From: an uncultured Chitinophagaceae bacterium
Lineage (GTDB): Bacteria; Bacteroidota; Ignavibacteria; UBA10030; UBA8401
Assembly (NCBI GenBank): GCA_964367235.1
Contig: CAYIXI010000005.1
Location: 507-60,328 of the forward strand
Reading direction: 5' to 3'
Length of the DNA stretch: 59,822 nt
Below are positions 9,894 to 19,831 of this stretch, piece by piece. The notes under the pieces were generated by a model. It searched no databases. It was not told where the DNA came from and saw nothing but the letters and a program-made list of their open reading frames with translations. A program made the translations under genes and the position numbers. The stretch's first letter is position 1, and every line of letters starts with the position of its first letter.

Positions 9894-11019
9894 TTTTATA
9901 AACTCGAGGAACTCGAGGAGAAATTCCACATAACATTTCGTACGATAAATTATTTAATCGTGCAGTTAATTCATCAACTCCAATAAATTCAGTTTTATCT
10001 TTTCCGACAAGAATAACTTTCTCTCCAACTTTTATTTTTGATTTTTTCCCGACATCAATCATCATTTGATCCATACAAATTCTTCCAACCACTTTATATT
10101 TTTTCCCTTTGATTAAAACTTCAGTTTTGTTTGTCAAAAGTCGCGGATAACCATCGGCGTAACCAAATGGAATCGAGACAATATCAGTTGAATCGGTAGT
10201 TGTAAAAAGTCCACTATAACTGATTGAAGTATTTTTTGGGACAGATTTTTTAAACACAACTTCAGTTTCAATTCGCATCACAGATTTAATTTTAAAAGTT
10301 TTTCTCGTTTCGCTTATCGGATAATAACCGTAAATAATTATTCCGGGACGAACCATATCGAAATAACTATTTGGCATTTGCAAAACTGCTCCACTATTTG
10401 CGGCATGAACAATTATTTTATTTCCAAATATTTCTTTTGCAATTTTTACTGCATCATTAAATAGTTGCAATTGAAATTTCGCTTTTGTTAAATCGTAATC
10501 ATCGGAAGAAGAAAAATGAGTAAAAATTCCTTTTACCTTTAAAAATTTTAATTTATAAATTTCGTCAAAAAATATTTTTGCATCGCTTGGTTTAATTCCA
10601 ATTCTTCCCATTCCCGTATCAATCTTTAAATGAACAATTGCATTAATCCCAAACTTTTTTGATAAAGAATTTAATTTTTTAGCAATTTGTAAATCGCAAA
10701 TTGTAACTTCAATATTATTTTCTAAATAAAGTTGCAATTGGCTTTCGGCTGGATGAGTTAAAGCAAGTATCGGAAGTTTGATTCCATTATTTCGAAGTTC
10801 AACTCCCTCTTCTACAAACGCAACGCCAAAGCAACTAACAATTTTTTTAGATTCCAAAAATTTTGAAATAACAACGCTTCCGTGCCCATAAGCATTGGCT
10901 TTTACAATCCCCATAATTTGAGGAATTTTTCCAATCTGTTTTCTGATTTGTGAAAAATTAAATGCAAGCGCAGATAAATCGATTGTTGCGAAAGATGGGC
11001 GAAGATTTTTTTTATTCAT
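9886..11019 (-). CDS. alr: Alanine racemase
   Basis: VKANAYGHG PLP-lysine motif, HLKIDTGMGRIG, GYADG, GRICMDQ; ATG at 11019 preferred. Confidence 0.96.
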   Translation of the reverse strand: MNKKNLRPSFATIDLSALAFNFSQIRKQIGKIPQIMGIVKANAYGHGSVVISKFLESKKIVSCFGVAFVEEGVELRNNGIKLPILALTHPAESQLQLYLENNIEVTICDLQIAKKLNSLSKKFGINAIVHLKIDTGMGRIGIKPSDAKIFFDEIYKLKFLKVKGIFTHFSSSDDYDLTKAKFQLQLFNDAVKIAKEIFGNKIIVHAANSGAVLQMPNSYFDMVRPGIIIYGYYPISETRKTFKIKSVMRIETEVVFKKSVPKNTSISYSGLFTTTDSTDIVSIPFGYADGYPRLLTNKTEVLIKGKKYKVVGRICMDQMMIDVGKKSKIKVGEKVILVGKDKTEFIGVDELTARLNNLSYEMLCGISPRVPRVYKNG

Positions 11020-11032
11020 TGATTCAAATTCA

Positions 11033-11096
11033 AACGCCAACTTTTAATTGGCTTCGCCATCTTATGATGGCATCGCCATCCGAAAATGGCGATTTC
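11033..11096 (-). repeat. Three consecutive GCCA...TGGC hairpins between atpC and alr (terminator-like)
   Basis: CGCCAAC-tttta-ATTGGC, GCCATC-ttat-GATGGC, ATCGCCAT-ccgaaa-ATGGCGAT. Confidence 0.6.
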
Positions 11097-11101
11097 AATT
11101 T

Positions 11102-11509
11102 TTATCGTGAAGAAACTTTTATTCTGTTTAATGCTCGTAAAAGTGAAGCGCGCGCTCTTTCTGAATTTATTTCAGTCTGACGATTTTTTAATCTATCCTC
11201 AGCTCTTTCTTTTGACTCACGAGCTCTATCAATATTTATTTCATCGGAGCGCTCGGCAGTATCGGATAAAACAATTACTTTATTTTTATTGACTTCGACA
11301 AAACCAATACTTGTTGCGTAATAAAAAGTTTTTCCAGTTTCGTCAGTTATTTTTAATTCGCCAACATTTATTTGCGATAAAAGTGGCGCGTGATTAAATA
11401 AAGTTTGAAATCCACCAACGACACCGGGTGCGCTAAAACTTTGTACCGAACCGGAAAAAACTTTTTTTATTGGCGTTACAATATCCAGTGTGAAATTTTT
11501 ATCACTCAT
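11102..11509 (-). CDS. atpC: F1 ATP synthase epsilon subunit
   Basis: LDIVTP, HAPLLS, GFVEV, C-terminal helical hairpin; abuts atpD. Confidence 0.95.
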   Translation of the reverse strand: MSDKNFTLDIVTPIKKVFSGSVQSFSAPGVVGGFQTLFNHAPLLSQINVGELKITDETGKTFYYATSIGFVEVNKNKVIVLSDTAERSDEINIDRARESKERAEDRLKNRQTEINSERARASLLRALNRIKVSSR

Positions 11510-12919
<1,410 letters not shown>

Positions 12920-12965
12920 TTAAAGCCTTTCTTATTTTCGAAAATGATTTGTTTAAAAATGTGCA

Positions 12966-12973
12966 CAAATTTA
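12966..12973 (-). promoter_or_regulatory. Bacteroidota-type -7 promoter box upstream of atpD
   Basis: TAAATTTG matches TAnnTTTG, about 46 nt before the ATG. Confidence 0.5.
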
Positions 12974-13003
12974 ATGAAAAATATATTTTGAAGCAATTAA
13001 GTT

Positions 13004-13960
13004 TTATTGATTTTTAATTTGATTGATAATTTTTTTTCCGTGCTCTCGCCCGTTTTCGATAAATATTTTATTATTATTTATGCCAGCGGCAATCGAGCCA
13101 GCAACAAAAAATCCTTTTAAAGATGTTTCGTAAGTTTCGCTATTATAAATCGGCGCAAAAATCGTTTTATCAATTTCAACTTTTGCATTTTCCAATAACG
13201 AAATATTTGGGTGATAGCCAATTAATGCAAAAACAAAATCATTTTCAAAAATTATTTTCTCTTTTTTATTTTGCAAAATTTCAATTTCCGTTTTACGGAT
13301 TTCAGTTACAATAGAATTTGAATAAAATTTAATTGCACCTTCGGCGATTCTATTTTCTAAATCTGGTTTAATCCAATATTTTATGCTGTCGCTTAATTTT
13401 TCCTGCCGATGAATTAAAGTGACTTCCGCGCCGTGCCTAAAAAGTTCAAGCGCGGCAATTGCCGCAGAATTTTTCGCGCCAATCACTGCAACTTTTTGTT
13501 GATAAAATTTATACGGCTCATTATAATAGTGAGAAACTTTTTCCAATTCTTCGCCATTTATATTTAATCGATTCGGGTTATCGTAATAACCACTTGCCAA
13601 AACTACATTCGCAGTTTTGTAAATTGATTTTGAAGTTTTGACTTCGAAATAATTATTTATTTTTTCGACCGATAAAACATTTTCAAAATAATTTATTTTT
13701 AAATCATAATATTTTGCAACTCGCGTGTAATATTCTAATCCTTCAACTCTCGTAGGTCTCATCTGCGACGAAGTAAAAGGAAGATTTCCAATTTCAAGCA
13801 ATTCGGGAGTTGAAAAAAAACTCATTTCAGCAGGAAAATTTTGAATCGAATTTACAATCCCACCTTTTTCAATAATTAAAGAATTTAAATTATTTTTTTG
13901 CGATTCAATCGCAACAGAAAGCCCCGAAGGACCTGCGCCAATAATAATTATATCAAACAT
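13004..13960 (-). CDS. ypdA: YpdA-family putative bacillithiol disulfide reductase
   Basis: GAGPSG FAD motif, FFSTPELLEIG, PTRVEGLEYY, IKYWIKPD, FIENGREH; ATG at 13960 preferred. Confidence 0.88.
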   Translation of the reverse strand: MFDIIIIGAGPSGLSVAIESQKNNLNSLIIEKGGIVNSIQNFPAEMSFFSTPELLEIGNLPFTSSQMRPTRVEGLEYYTRVAKYYDLKINYFENVLSVEKINNYFEVKTSKSIYKTANVVLASGYYDNPNRLNINGEELEKVSHYYNEPYKFYQQKVAVIGAKNSAAIAALELFRHGAEVTLIHRQEKLSDSIKYWIKPDLENRIAEGAIKFYSNSIVTEIRKTEIEILQNKKEKIIFENDFVFALIGYHPNISLLENAKVEIDKTIFAPIYNSETYETSLKGFFVAGSIAAGINNNKIFIENGREHGKKIINQIKNQ

Positions 13961-14084
13961 AATTTTCCATATTTTTTTTGAAAAGATACCCAAATTTTTC
14001 TTAAGTTAATTTAAAGATTGAGAATTTTTAAAAACAGAGAAAGGTTTTTAGAAATAATTAATATGTCAAACAAAATTGAGATTG

Positions 14085-14157
14085 AGCTGGCGACGAGATT
14101 TGAACTCACGACCTATTGTTTACGAAACAATTGCTCTACCAACTGAGCTACGCCAGC
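14085..14157 (-). tRNA. tRNA-Thr(CGT)
   Basis: Acceptor stem GCTGGCG/CGCCAGC, D arm AGCTCAGTTGGTAGAGC, anticodon arm ATTGT-TTCGTAA-ACAAT, T loop TTCAAAT; CCA not encoded. Confidence 0.95.
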
Positions 14158-14168
14158 AAATTTCTTTA

Positions 14169-14176
14169 CAAATTTA
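14169..14176 (-). promoter_or_regulatory. -7 promoter box for tRNA-Thr
   Basis: TAAATTTG 11 nt upstream of the tRNA 5' end. Confidence 0.5.
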
Positions 14177-14199
14177 ATTATTATTTTTTACATTACAAA

Positions 14200-14589
14200 A
14201 TGAGACCAATTTTATTCATCTTTGCGATTTTATTTTTCTTCGGTTGCGAGAAACCAAACTCACCAAACGAAAATGAATTTATTTTTCCCGATTCAAAAAT
14301 AAGTTACAACCGACATGTTCAACCATTATTTTTTAAATATTGCGCACTTAGCGGTTGCCACGAGCCATTCACACGAAAAAGTAATTTAGATTTAACAAGT
14401 TACTCTTCGCTTCGTTTGAGATTTAATGATGTTGTGATTCCGAAAGATACTGTGCTCAGCAGAATTATTTGGAGGATTGAAGGACGCCCAGGTTTTTTAC
14501 CGATGCCTCCGACTGGACCGCTAACTTCAAATCAAATTGCTGGAATAAAAAAATGGATAACTGAAGGCGCAACCGATTCGATTCCGTAA
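14200..14589 (+). CDS. Lipoprotein with cytochrome c-like domain (CX4CH motif)
   Basis: ATG at 14200 (the track start overlaps the tRNA); lipobox FFGC; ISYNRHVQPLFFKYCALSGCH, MPP, IKKWITEGA. Confidence 0.75.
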   Translation: MRPILFIFAILFFFGCEKPNSPNENEFIFPDSKISYNRHVQPLFFKYCALSGCHEPFTRKSNLDLTSYSSLRLRFNDVVIPKDTVLSRIIWRIEGRPGFLPMPPTGPLTSNQIAGIKKWITEGATDSIP

Positions 14590-14591
14590 AA

Positions 14592-14888
14592 TTATTTCAA
14601 TTTTTTTTCAATACTTTTTTTAATTTCATCAACTTCTTTTAAATTTTCTATCTTTTCTTTTCCCTCTTTTATAATAGTTTCGCCTTCAGTTTTTGTTTTA
14701 TCAATTGCCTCCTGAACATTTCCGCCTGTGAAGTGAACATAAGCAAGGAAAGCTAAAAATATTATGAATGCATAAAGTACAATCTTCATTAATTTTTTAA
14801 GAATCGAAACAACAATAATTACAATTATCGCAACTGCAATTAATGTATAAATTGTATTTGATAAAATTAATTCAATTATTTTTTCCAT
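14592..14888 (-). CDS. Small membrane protein
   Basis: Two hydrophobic helices followed by a charged coiled tail. Confidence 0.7.
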   Translation of the reverse strand: MEKIIELILSNTIYTLIAVAIIVIIVVSILKKLMKIVLYAFIIFLAFLAYVHFTGGNVQEAIDKTKTEGETIIKEGKEKIENLKEVDEIKKSIEKKLK

Positions 14889-14890
14889 AA

Positions 14891-15478
14891 TTATCTTTTT
14901 TTCTTTTTTACTGATTGAAGTTTTTGAAAATTATTTTCAATTTTTTTAACATAGTCAAGTGTTTCTTTATGTCGCCATTTTGGTACAGTTGGTGCAATTT
15001 TTTCAATACTCGTCCATTGCTTTGTATCTAAACTTTCTTTTTTTGCAATTGACTCAGCTCTTCTAATCGTTCCTGATCCAGCATTGTAACTTCCAAAAAC
15101 AAAACTCATTTTATTATTCAAATCATCTTTTTCTTTCCATTGTTTCCAAAGTTGTCTATTGTAATGTATGCCAGCGGCGATGTTCCAATGCGGATCATTT
15201 ATCTCTCCCAGTTCAGAATTTTTTAATTTTAATTCCTGATAAGTTTCTGGCATAATTTGCATAATTCCTTTTGCGCCAACCCAACTAACAGCATCTGGGT
15301 TCAAATTACTTTCAGCAAATGCTTGCGCTTTAAATATTCTCCAATCAAAAGTGGGACCAAAATATCGTTTAGAATATTTTTTAAAGTAATCATCATAAGT
15401 TTCACAATTTATTTTTTGACTATTAGAATTATTTATTATAATTAGTGAAACAAAAAATATTTTTATGATTAACTTCAT
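14891..15478 (-). CDS. Secreted SLT-domain lytic transglycosylase (MltF-like catalytic domain)
   Basis: AQAFAES catalytic Glu, GAKGIMQIMPET, SYNAG, ETLDYVKKI. Confidence 0.9.
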   Translation of the reverse strand: MKLIIKIFFVSLIIINNSNSQKINCETYDDYFKKYSKRYFGPTFDWRIFKAQAFAESNLNPDAVSWVGAKGIMQIMPETYQELKLKNSELGEINDPHWNIAAGIHYNRQLWKQWKEKDDLNNKMSFVFGSYNAGSGTIRRAESIAKKESLDTKQWTSIEKIAPTVPKWRHKETLDYVKKIENNFQKLQSVKKKKR

Positions 15479-15681
15479 TAACCAAGTGCGCCAGCAATTA
15501 TTATTGATAGAGCAATTACGATTGCCGATAAAAATATTGCCGCCGCAATATTTCCATGATTGATTTGCTCTGCAAAATTAATTTTGTGTTCAACCCAATC
15601 AAATATTTTATATGCAATAATTAAAACTACCAATCCTAAAAAAGCATAAATAACATTTAACAAAAGTATGTCGTAATCCAT
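15478..15681 (-). CDS. DUF350-like small membrane protein
   Basis: KIFD...INFAEQINHGNIAAAIF pattern; AAGGAG SD. Confidence 0.75.
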   Translation of the reverse strand: MDYDILLLNVIYAFLGLVVLIIAYKIFDWVEHKINFAEQINHGNIAAAIFLSAIVIALSIIIAGALG

Positions 15682-15721
15682 TTGCTACTCCTTTAATTTA
15701 GTGATTAAATATTTTTATAAA

Positions 15722-16237
15722 TTATTTCAAGTCTATTACAATTTTTGCTAAATCATCTTCCAAACTTAATTGTGGGCTCTCAACGAATCTACCAACTTCT
15801 TTATTGTTTTGCAAAATAATTATTGTGGGAATTCTCCTTAAATCGTATTTAAATGTAAGAGAATCAAGCGATTTCTTCGATCTATCAACGCAAATTAATT
15901 GTATATTTTTTTCAGAAATTCCGACTTCATCAACTAATTTATAGAATTTTGGTAATTCCCTTTTTGTATCGCCACACCAAGTGCCAGCAAAAATTAAAAA
16001 ATCAATTTTATCTTTTTTAGATTTTAAAATTTCAATTGCTTCTTTATTTGGGGAATAACTTTTGTAGTTTTTATCAAACCAAGTAAAGTTCGTGTCGCTT
16101 TGGATAATTTTTCTATTTACCTCACCAACATAAATATTTTGGCTTCCATCAGATTTAACTTCATACTTTAAATTATTTAAAGTTAAACATGAAATAATTA
16201 AAAATGAAATAAGCAATTGCATAAAATTATTTTTCAT
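15722..16237 (-). CDS. Exported thioredoxin-family protein
   Basis: GTWCGDT, RIPTII cis-Pro loop, GRFVESP; start at 16237 or slightly downstream. Confidence 0.8.
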   Translation of the reverse strand: MKNNFMQLLISFLIISCLTLNNLKYEVKSDGSQNIYVGEVNRKIIQSDTNFTWFDKNYKSYSPNKEAIEILKSKKDKIDFLIFAGTWCGDTKRELPKFYKLVDEVGISEKNIQLICVDRSKKSLDSLTFKYDLRRIPTIIILQNNKEVGRFVESPQLSLEDDLAKIVIDLK

Positions 16238-17114
16238 TGATTTCTTTTGCTCTTGCATCGTTACTCCAAAGTAATTTTTTGCGAAGCACATCATAATAAT
16301 TTGAATCAATTCGTTTAATTAAATTTGTAACATGATTTGCTTTTCTGATTTTAATTTTAAGTGGCGAAGTTAATAAAACTTTTTGTTGTCCATCAATCGT
16401 CAATCTAATTTTTTCCATTTCAGATTTTGCATGAATTGTAATTACACTTTCATCTGGCACAACTAAACTTCTCGTTGTTAAAGTATGTGCACAAATTGGG
16501 CTAACTGCAAAAACTTCCGAGCTTGGCGATACAATCGGTCCACCAGTTGCAAGTGAGTAGCCAGTTGTTCCGGTTGGCGTTGCAACAAGTATTCCATCGC
16601 CGATAAAATTCATCAATGCAGAATTATTTATTAATGCGAGAATTGAAACAACTCGCGACGAACTTCCTTTATCAACCACAACATCGTTTAATCCAAAATA
16701 TTTTTTTCTATTTAAATTAACTTCAATCATTGTTCGCGATTCAACTCTATAATTATGCAAAAGAATTTCGTCGAGCAACTCGATTGCATTCGAGGTTGAT
16801 GATTCAGTTAAAAATCCAAGCTTACCCAAATTGATTCCAAGAATTGGCGTTTCTTTTTTTCCAATCGCATTTGCAATTGATAAAATTGTTCCATCACCGC
16901 CACATGCAACAATAATTTTTGATTTTAAAATTAATTTTTTTAAAGAAACCGACTGATTTTTTTTAAATCGTAGATTTGAAGATTTTGAAATTAGTTTCGC
17001 CAATTTATCGTGAACAATAAAATCACTTCCTTTTGAGGTTAAATGGCTAATAAAATCAACAGCAAAAGTGACAACCTCTTTTTTACTTAGATTTCCATAA
17101 AGGCCGAAAATCAT
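16227..17114 (-). CDS. nadK: NAD(+) kinase
   Basis: GGDGT, GINLGKLGFL, LND, GDGILVATPTGTTGYSLATGG; ATG at 17114 preferred. Confidence 0.95.
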   Translation of the reverse strand: MIFGLYGNLSKKEVVTFAVDFISHLTSKGSDFIVHDKLAKLISKSSNLRFKKNQSVSLKKLILKSKIIVACGGDGTILSIANAIGKKETPILGINLGKLGFLTESSTSNAIELLDEILLHNYRVESRTMIEVNLNRKKYFGLNDVVVDKGSSSRVVSILALINNSALMNFIGDGILVATPTGTTGYSLATGGPIVSPSSEVFAVSPICAHTLTTRSLVVPDESVITIHAKSEMEKIRLTIDGQQKVLLTSPLKIKIRKANHVTNLIKRIDSNYYDVLRKKLLWSNDARAKEINEK

Positions 17115-17118
17115 TTTT

Positions 17119-17382
17119 TCATTTTTGTTTTTCATCGACAAAATTTAATTTTAATTCTTGTAAAAGTAAAGTTAAATATTTTTCCTCTTCACTTGAAAGA
17201 TTACCTTTCGTTTTATTTTGAATCATATCAAGTATGTCAATTGTTGCGCTTGCCTCATCCAAATTTTTTTCGATTTTATCTGTCATCGGATTTTTGGTTT
17301 TTCCCATTTGTTGCATCGAAGCCGCGTGCAACATACCGACAAGTTGTATAAATTGAATTGAATATTTTTCGCTGTTTGTCAT
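17119..17382 (-). CDS. DUF1844 family protein
   Basis: MGK..NPMT...NLDEA...IDILDMIQNKTKGNLS.EE. Confidence 0.85.
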   Translation of the reverse strand: MTNSEKYSIQFIQLVGMLHAASMQQMGKTKNPMTDKIEKNLDEASATIDILDMIQNKTKGNLSSEEEKYLTLLLQELKLNFVDEKQK

Positions 17383-17385
17383 TTT

Positions 17386-18141
17386 TTATTTCCTTAATTG
17401 ATTTTGTCGTTCCCACAATTTCATATATTTTGTAAAAACATAATAAGAAGACAAGAGTGAAAGTAAAAGACCATGAGTGCCATCTAAAAAACCGAGTCGC
17501 ATAATATACATTTTGAAAAATTGCCATTCCGCTCTAAAAATAGTTCCGAATAAATAAAAATTTCTTCCTTTGTAATGTAAATCTCTGCTGGCCAAAGTTG
17601 TGTAGCGATTTAATTTTTCCATGTAATGAAAAATATTTGGATCGGTAAAATGAAGTAAATCATTTTTTAAAAATCCTATTGCGCCATTTACATCCAATCC
17701 TTCATGGACAGAAACTGGAGAAAAGTTTGCGCGATTTTTATTAAAGAGCCGAACAACTCTTTGCGGATACCATCCACAAAATCGAATCCACTTTCCTAAA
17801 AAAAATGCTCTTCGAGCAACATCAAATGCACTTTCGTATGGTGATGTTGCAAGTGTTTGAATTATTTCATCTCGAAGTTCATCGGTAACTCTTTCATCAG
17901 CATCAAGCCACAAAACCCAATCGTACGAAGTTTTTGAAAGCGCATAATTTTTTGTTTCAACAAATCCTTGCCAAGGATGAACGAAAACTTTTTTAGTAAA
18001 ATTTTTTGCAATCTTTACAGTATTGTCAGAACTTTCGGCATCGACAACAATTATTTCATGCGCCCACTTAATCGACTCAAGGCATTCAGCAATATTCGCC
18101 TCTTCATTTTTTGAAATTATTATTACCGAAAGCGGATTCAT
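17386..18141 (-). CDS. GT2 glycosyltransferase (WaaE/LgtF-like)
   Basis: SKNEEANI, VVDAESSD, LDADE, GWYP, VHE. Confidence 0.9.
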   Translation of the reverse strand: MNPLSVIIISKNEEANIAECLESIKWAHEIIVVDAESSDNTVKIAKNFTKKVFVHPWQGFVETKNYALSKTSYDWVLWLDADERVTDELRDEIIQTLATSPYESAFDVARRAFFLGKWIRFCGWYPQRVVRLFNKNRANFSPVSVHEGLDVNGAIGFLKNDLLHFTDPNIFHYMEKLNRYTTLASRDLHYKGRNFYLFGTIFRAEWQFFKMYIMRLGFLDGTHGLLLSLLSSYYVFTKYMKLWERQNQLRK

Positions 18142-19292
18142 ATTTTTTCACTTTCTAAATTAAATGCTGAAATTGCCAAGCCGATTGAGAGCCAAACTAA
18201 AATCATTATTTCTTGGTCGCCGAAATTCCATTCGAACAATCCATTGATTAAAAATGCGGTAAATATTGATAAAGATGTAATTGCAATTTTTTTTATAAAT
18301 AATGATTCTGATTTTTTGAAAAAATTAAATTCCATTTGAAGAATTTTATAAAAAAGCAAATTTACGATTGTAAAACCAACCAATCCCATACTTACAAGAA
18401 TTTGTAAAAAATTATTATGCAAATGACCAGCCGGCTCAGCAATAGTTGGGACTCGATACTGAATATAAATTTTATATAAATCGATATCGCCAAAACCCAA
18501 AATTGGTTTGTCTTTCCACATTTCAATTCCGGTTTTCCACATATTTAATCTCCCAATATTATTTGGATGATTTAAATCGTAAATACTACTAACTCTATCA
18601 ATTAAATGTTGAGGCGCAAAAAGATAAAACATTATTATAGAAAAAATAGTTAAATAAATTATTTTTCTATTATACATTACTCCAATAACAAAACTGCCAA
18701 TAACAAAAGCAATTAAAGAACTTCTACTTTTAGTTAACAGTAACGAAATAATAATCGGAAATAATAATAAAGCTAATTTGGATTTATTTTTAAAATCAAT
18801 CTCTTTATCAAATAAATATGGAATAATAAATAGAGCAACAATCATTTTCATTCCACTTGAAGTTAAAGGATGATGCACAATATGCAAACGATCTTTTATA
18901 AAGATAAAATAATTTCCAATTTCAAAAAGCGATACGATAGCAAACACAATGGCTAAAATATAAATTGCAGTTTCAATTCTTTTTTTTGTATTAAACGATA
19001 AGACAACCAAATATAAAAATGAAATTAATAATAATCTTTTGCTATGAATTATTGCTTCAATTGTATAGTTTGAATTAAATGCTGTGATAAATTCTAACGC
19101 AATATAAAAAAGAAAAAATTTGTCTAATTGATTTGGGATAAAAACTATTTTCTTTTCTTCAAAACACCATGCGATGTAAACTAAAACCATAATTGCAAAT
19201 AGTACTGAAGTTACTGCCACCGAAATTGGAAGAGAAATCAGCAAAGCTAAAATTAATTTGTAAAGTAAATCTTTGTAATACATATTTTTCAT
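18138..19292 (-). CDS. O-antigen ligase family protein
   Basis: Multi-pass membrane protein; TKSRSS, R..MW...KPILGFG, HLHNNFLQ. Confidence 0.88.
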   Translation of the reverse strand: MKNMYYKDLLYKLILALLISLPISVAVTSVLFAIMVLVYIAWCFEEKKIVFIPNQLDKFFLFYIALEFITAFNSNYTIEAIIHSKRLLLISFLYLVVLSFNTKKRIETAIYILAIVFAIVSLFEIGNYFIFIKDRLHIVHHPLTSSGMKMIVALFIIPYLFDKEIDFKNKSKLALLLFPIIISLLLTKSRSSLIAFVIGSFVIGVMYNRKIIYLTIFSIIMFYLFAPQHLIDRVSSIYDLNHPNNIGRLNMWKTGIEMWKDKPILGFGDIDLYKIYIQYRVPTIAEPAGHLHNNFLQILVSMGLVGFTIVNLLFYKILQMEFNFFKKSESLFIKKIAITSLSIFTAFLINGLFEWNFGDQEIMILVWLSIGLAISAFNLESEKI

Positions 19293-19294
19293 TT

Positions 19295-19831
19295 TCAGTA
19301 AATATTTTTTTCAATCAAACTTGAATTTTCATTTTCATTTTTAATTACTTCAAAAAAGAATTCAACATACAAAGCAGGAAAAATAAATGCTAAATATTTT
19401 TCCCATTTGCGAGGAAATAAATTTGCCAACAAACTTATTCCAAAAACTTTATAAAAATCTGTAAACCAAATTTTCTGTTTCTTAATTTTTAAAAGCGAAC
19501 TATTTTCTAATCGCGCAAAAGAAATCCATCCGAAATGATGAAAATGTTCCAAATCGCCATAAGAAAGTTGCGACGAATAATGCGGCGTAATAATTCTAAT
19601 CGTTCCGCCGTTTTTCGAAATCCTTATAATCTCGTTGATAACATTGAGCGGTTTTTGAACATGCTCAATCACATGCGACATTTCCACATAATCAAATTCG
19701 TTATCGCCAAACGGATACGGAAATAAATTCAAATCGTGCACAACATCAACATGCGGCGCAGGACGAATGTCCATTCCAATCGATCCATTTTTTTTTGCAT
19801 GGGGACCGCAACCTAAATCCAAAATTTTCAT
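19295..19831 (-). CDS. Class I SAM-dependent methyltransferase (glycan-associated)
   Basis: LDLGCG, HDLN..PYPF, SHVIEH. Confidence 0.85.
   Translation of the reverse strand: MKILDLGCGPHAKKNGSIGMDIRPAPHVDVVHDLNLFPYPFGDNEFDYVEMSHVIEHVQKPLNVINEIIRISKNGGTIRIITPHYSSQLSYGDLEHFHHFGWISFARLENSSLLKIKKQKIWFTDFYKVFGISLLANLFPRKWEKYLAFIFPALYVEFFFEVIKNENENSSLIEKNIY

Noticed and set aside
14116-14199. N-terminal extension of the cytochrome-like ORF
   Set aside because: Overlaps tRNA-Thr on the opposite strand; the signal peptide begins at ATG 14200
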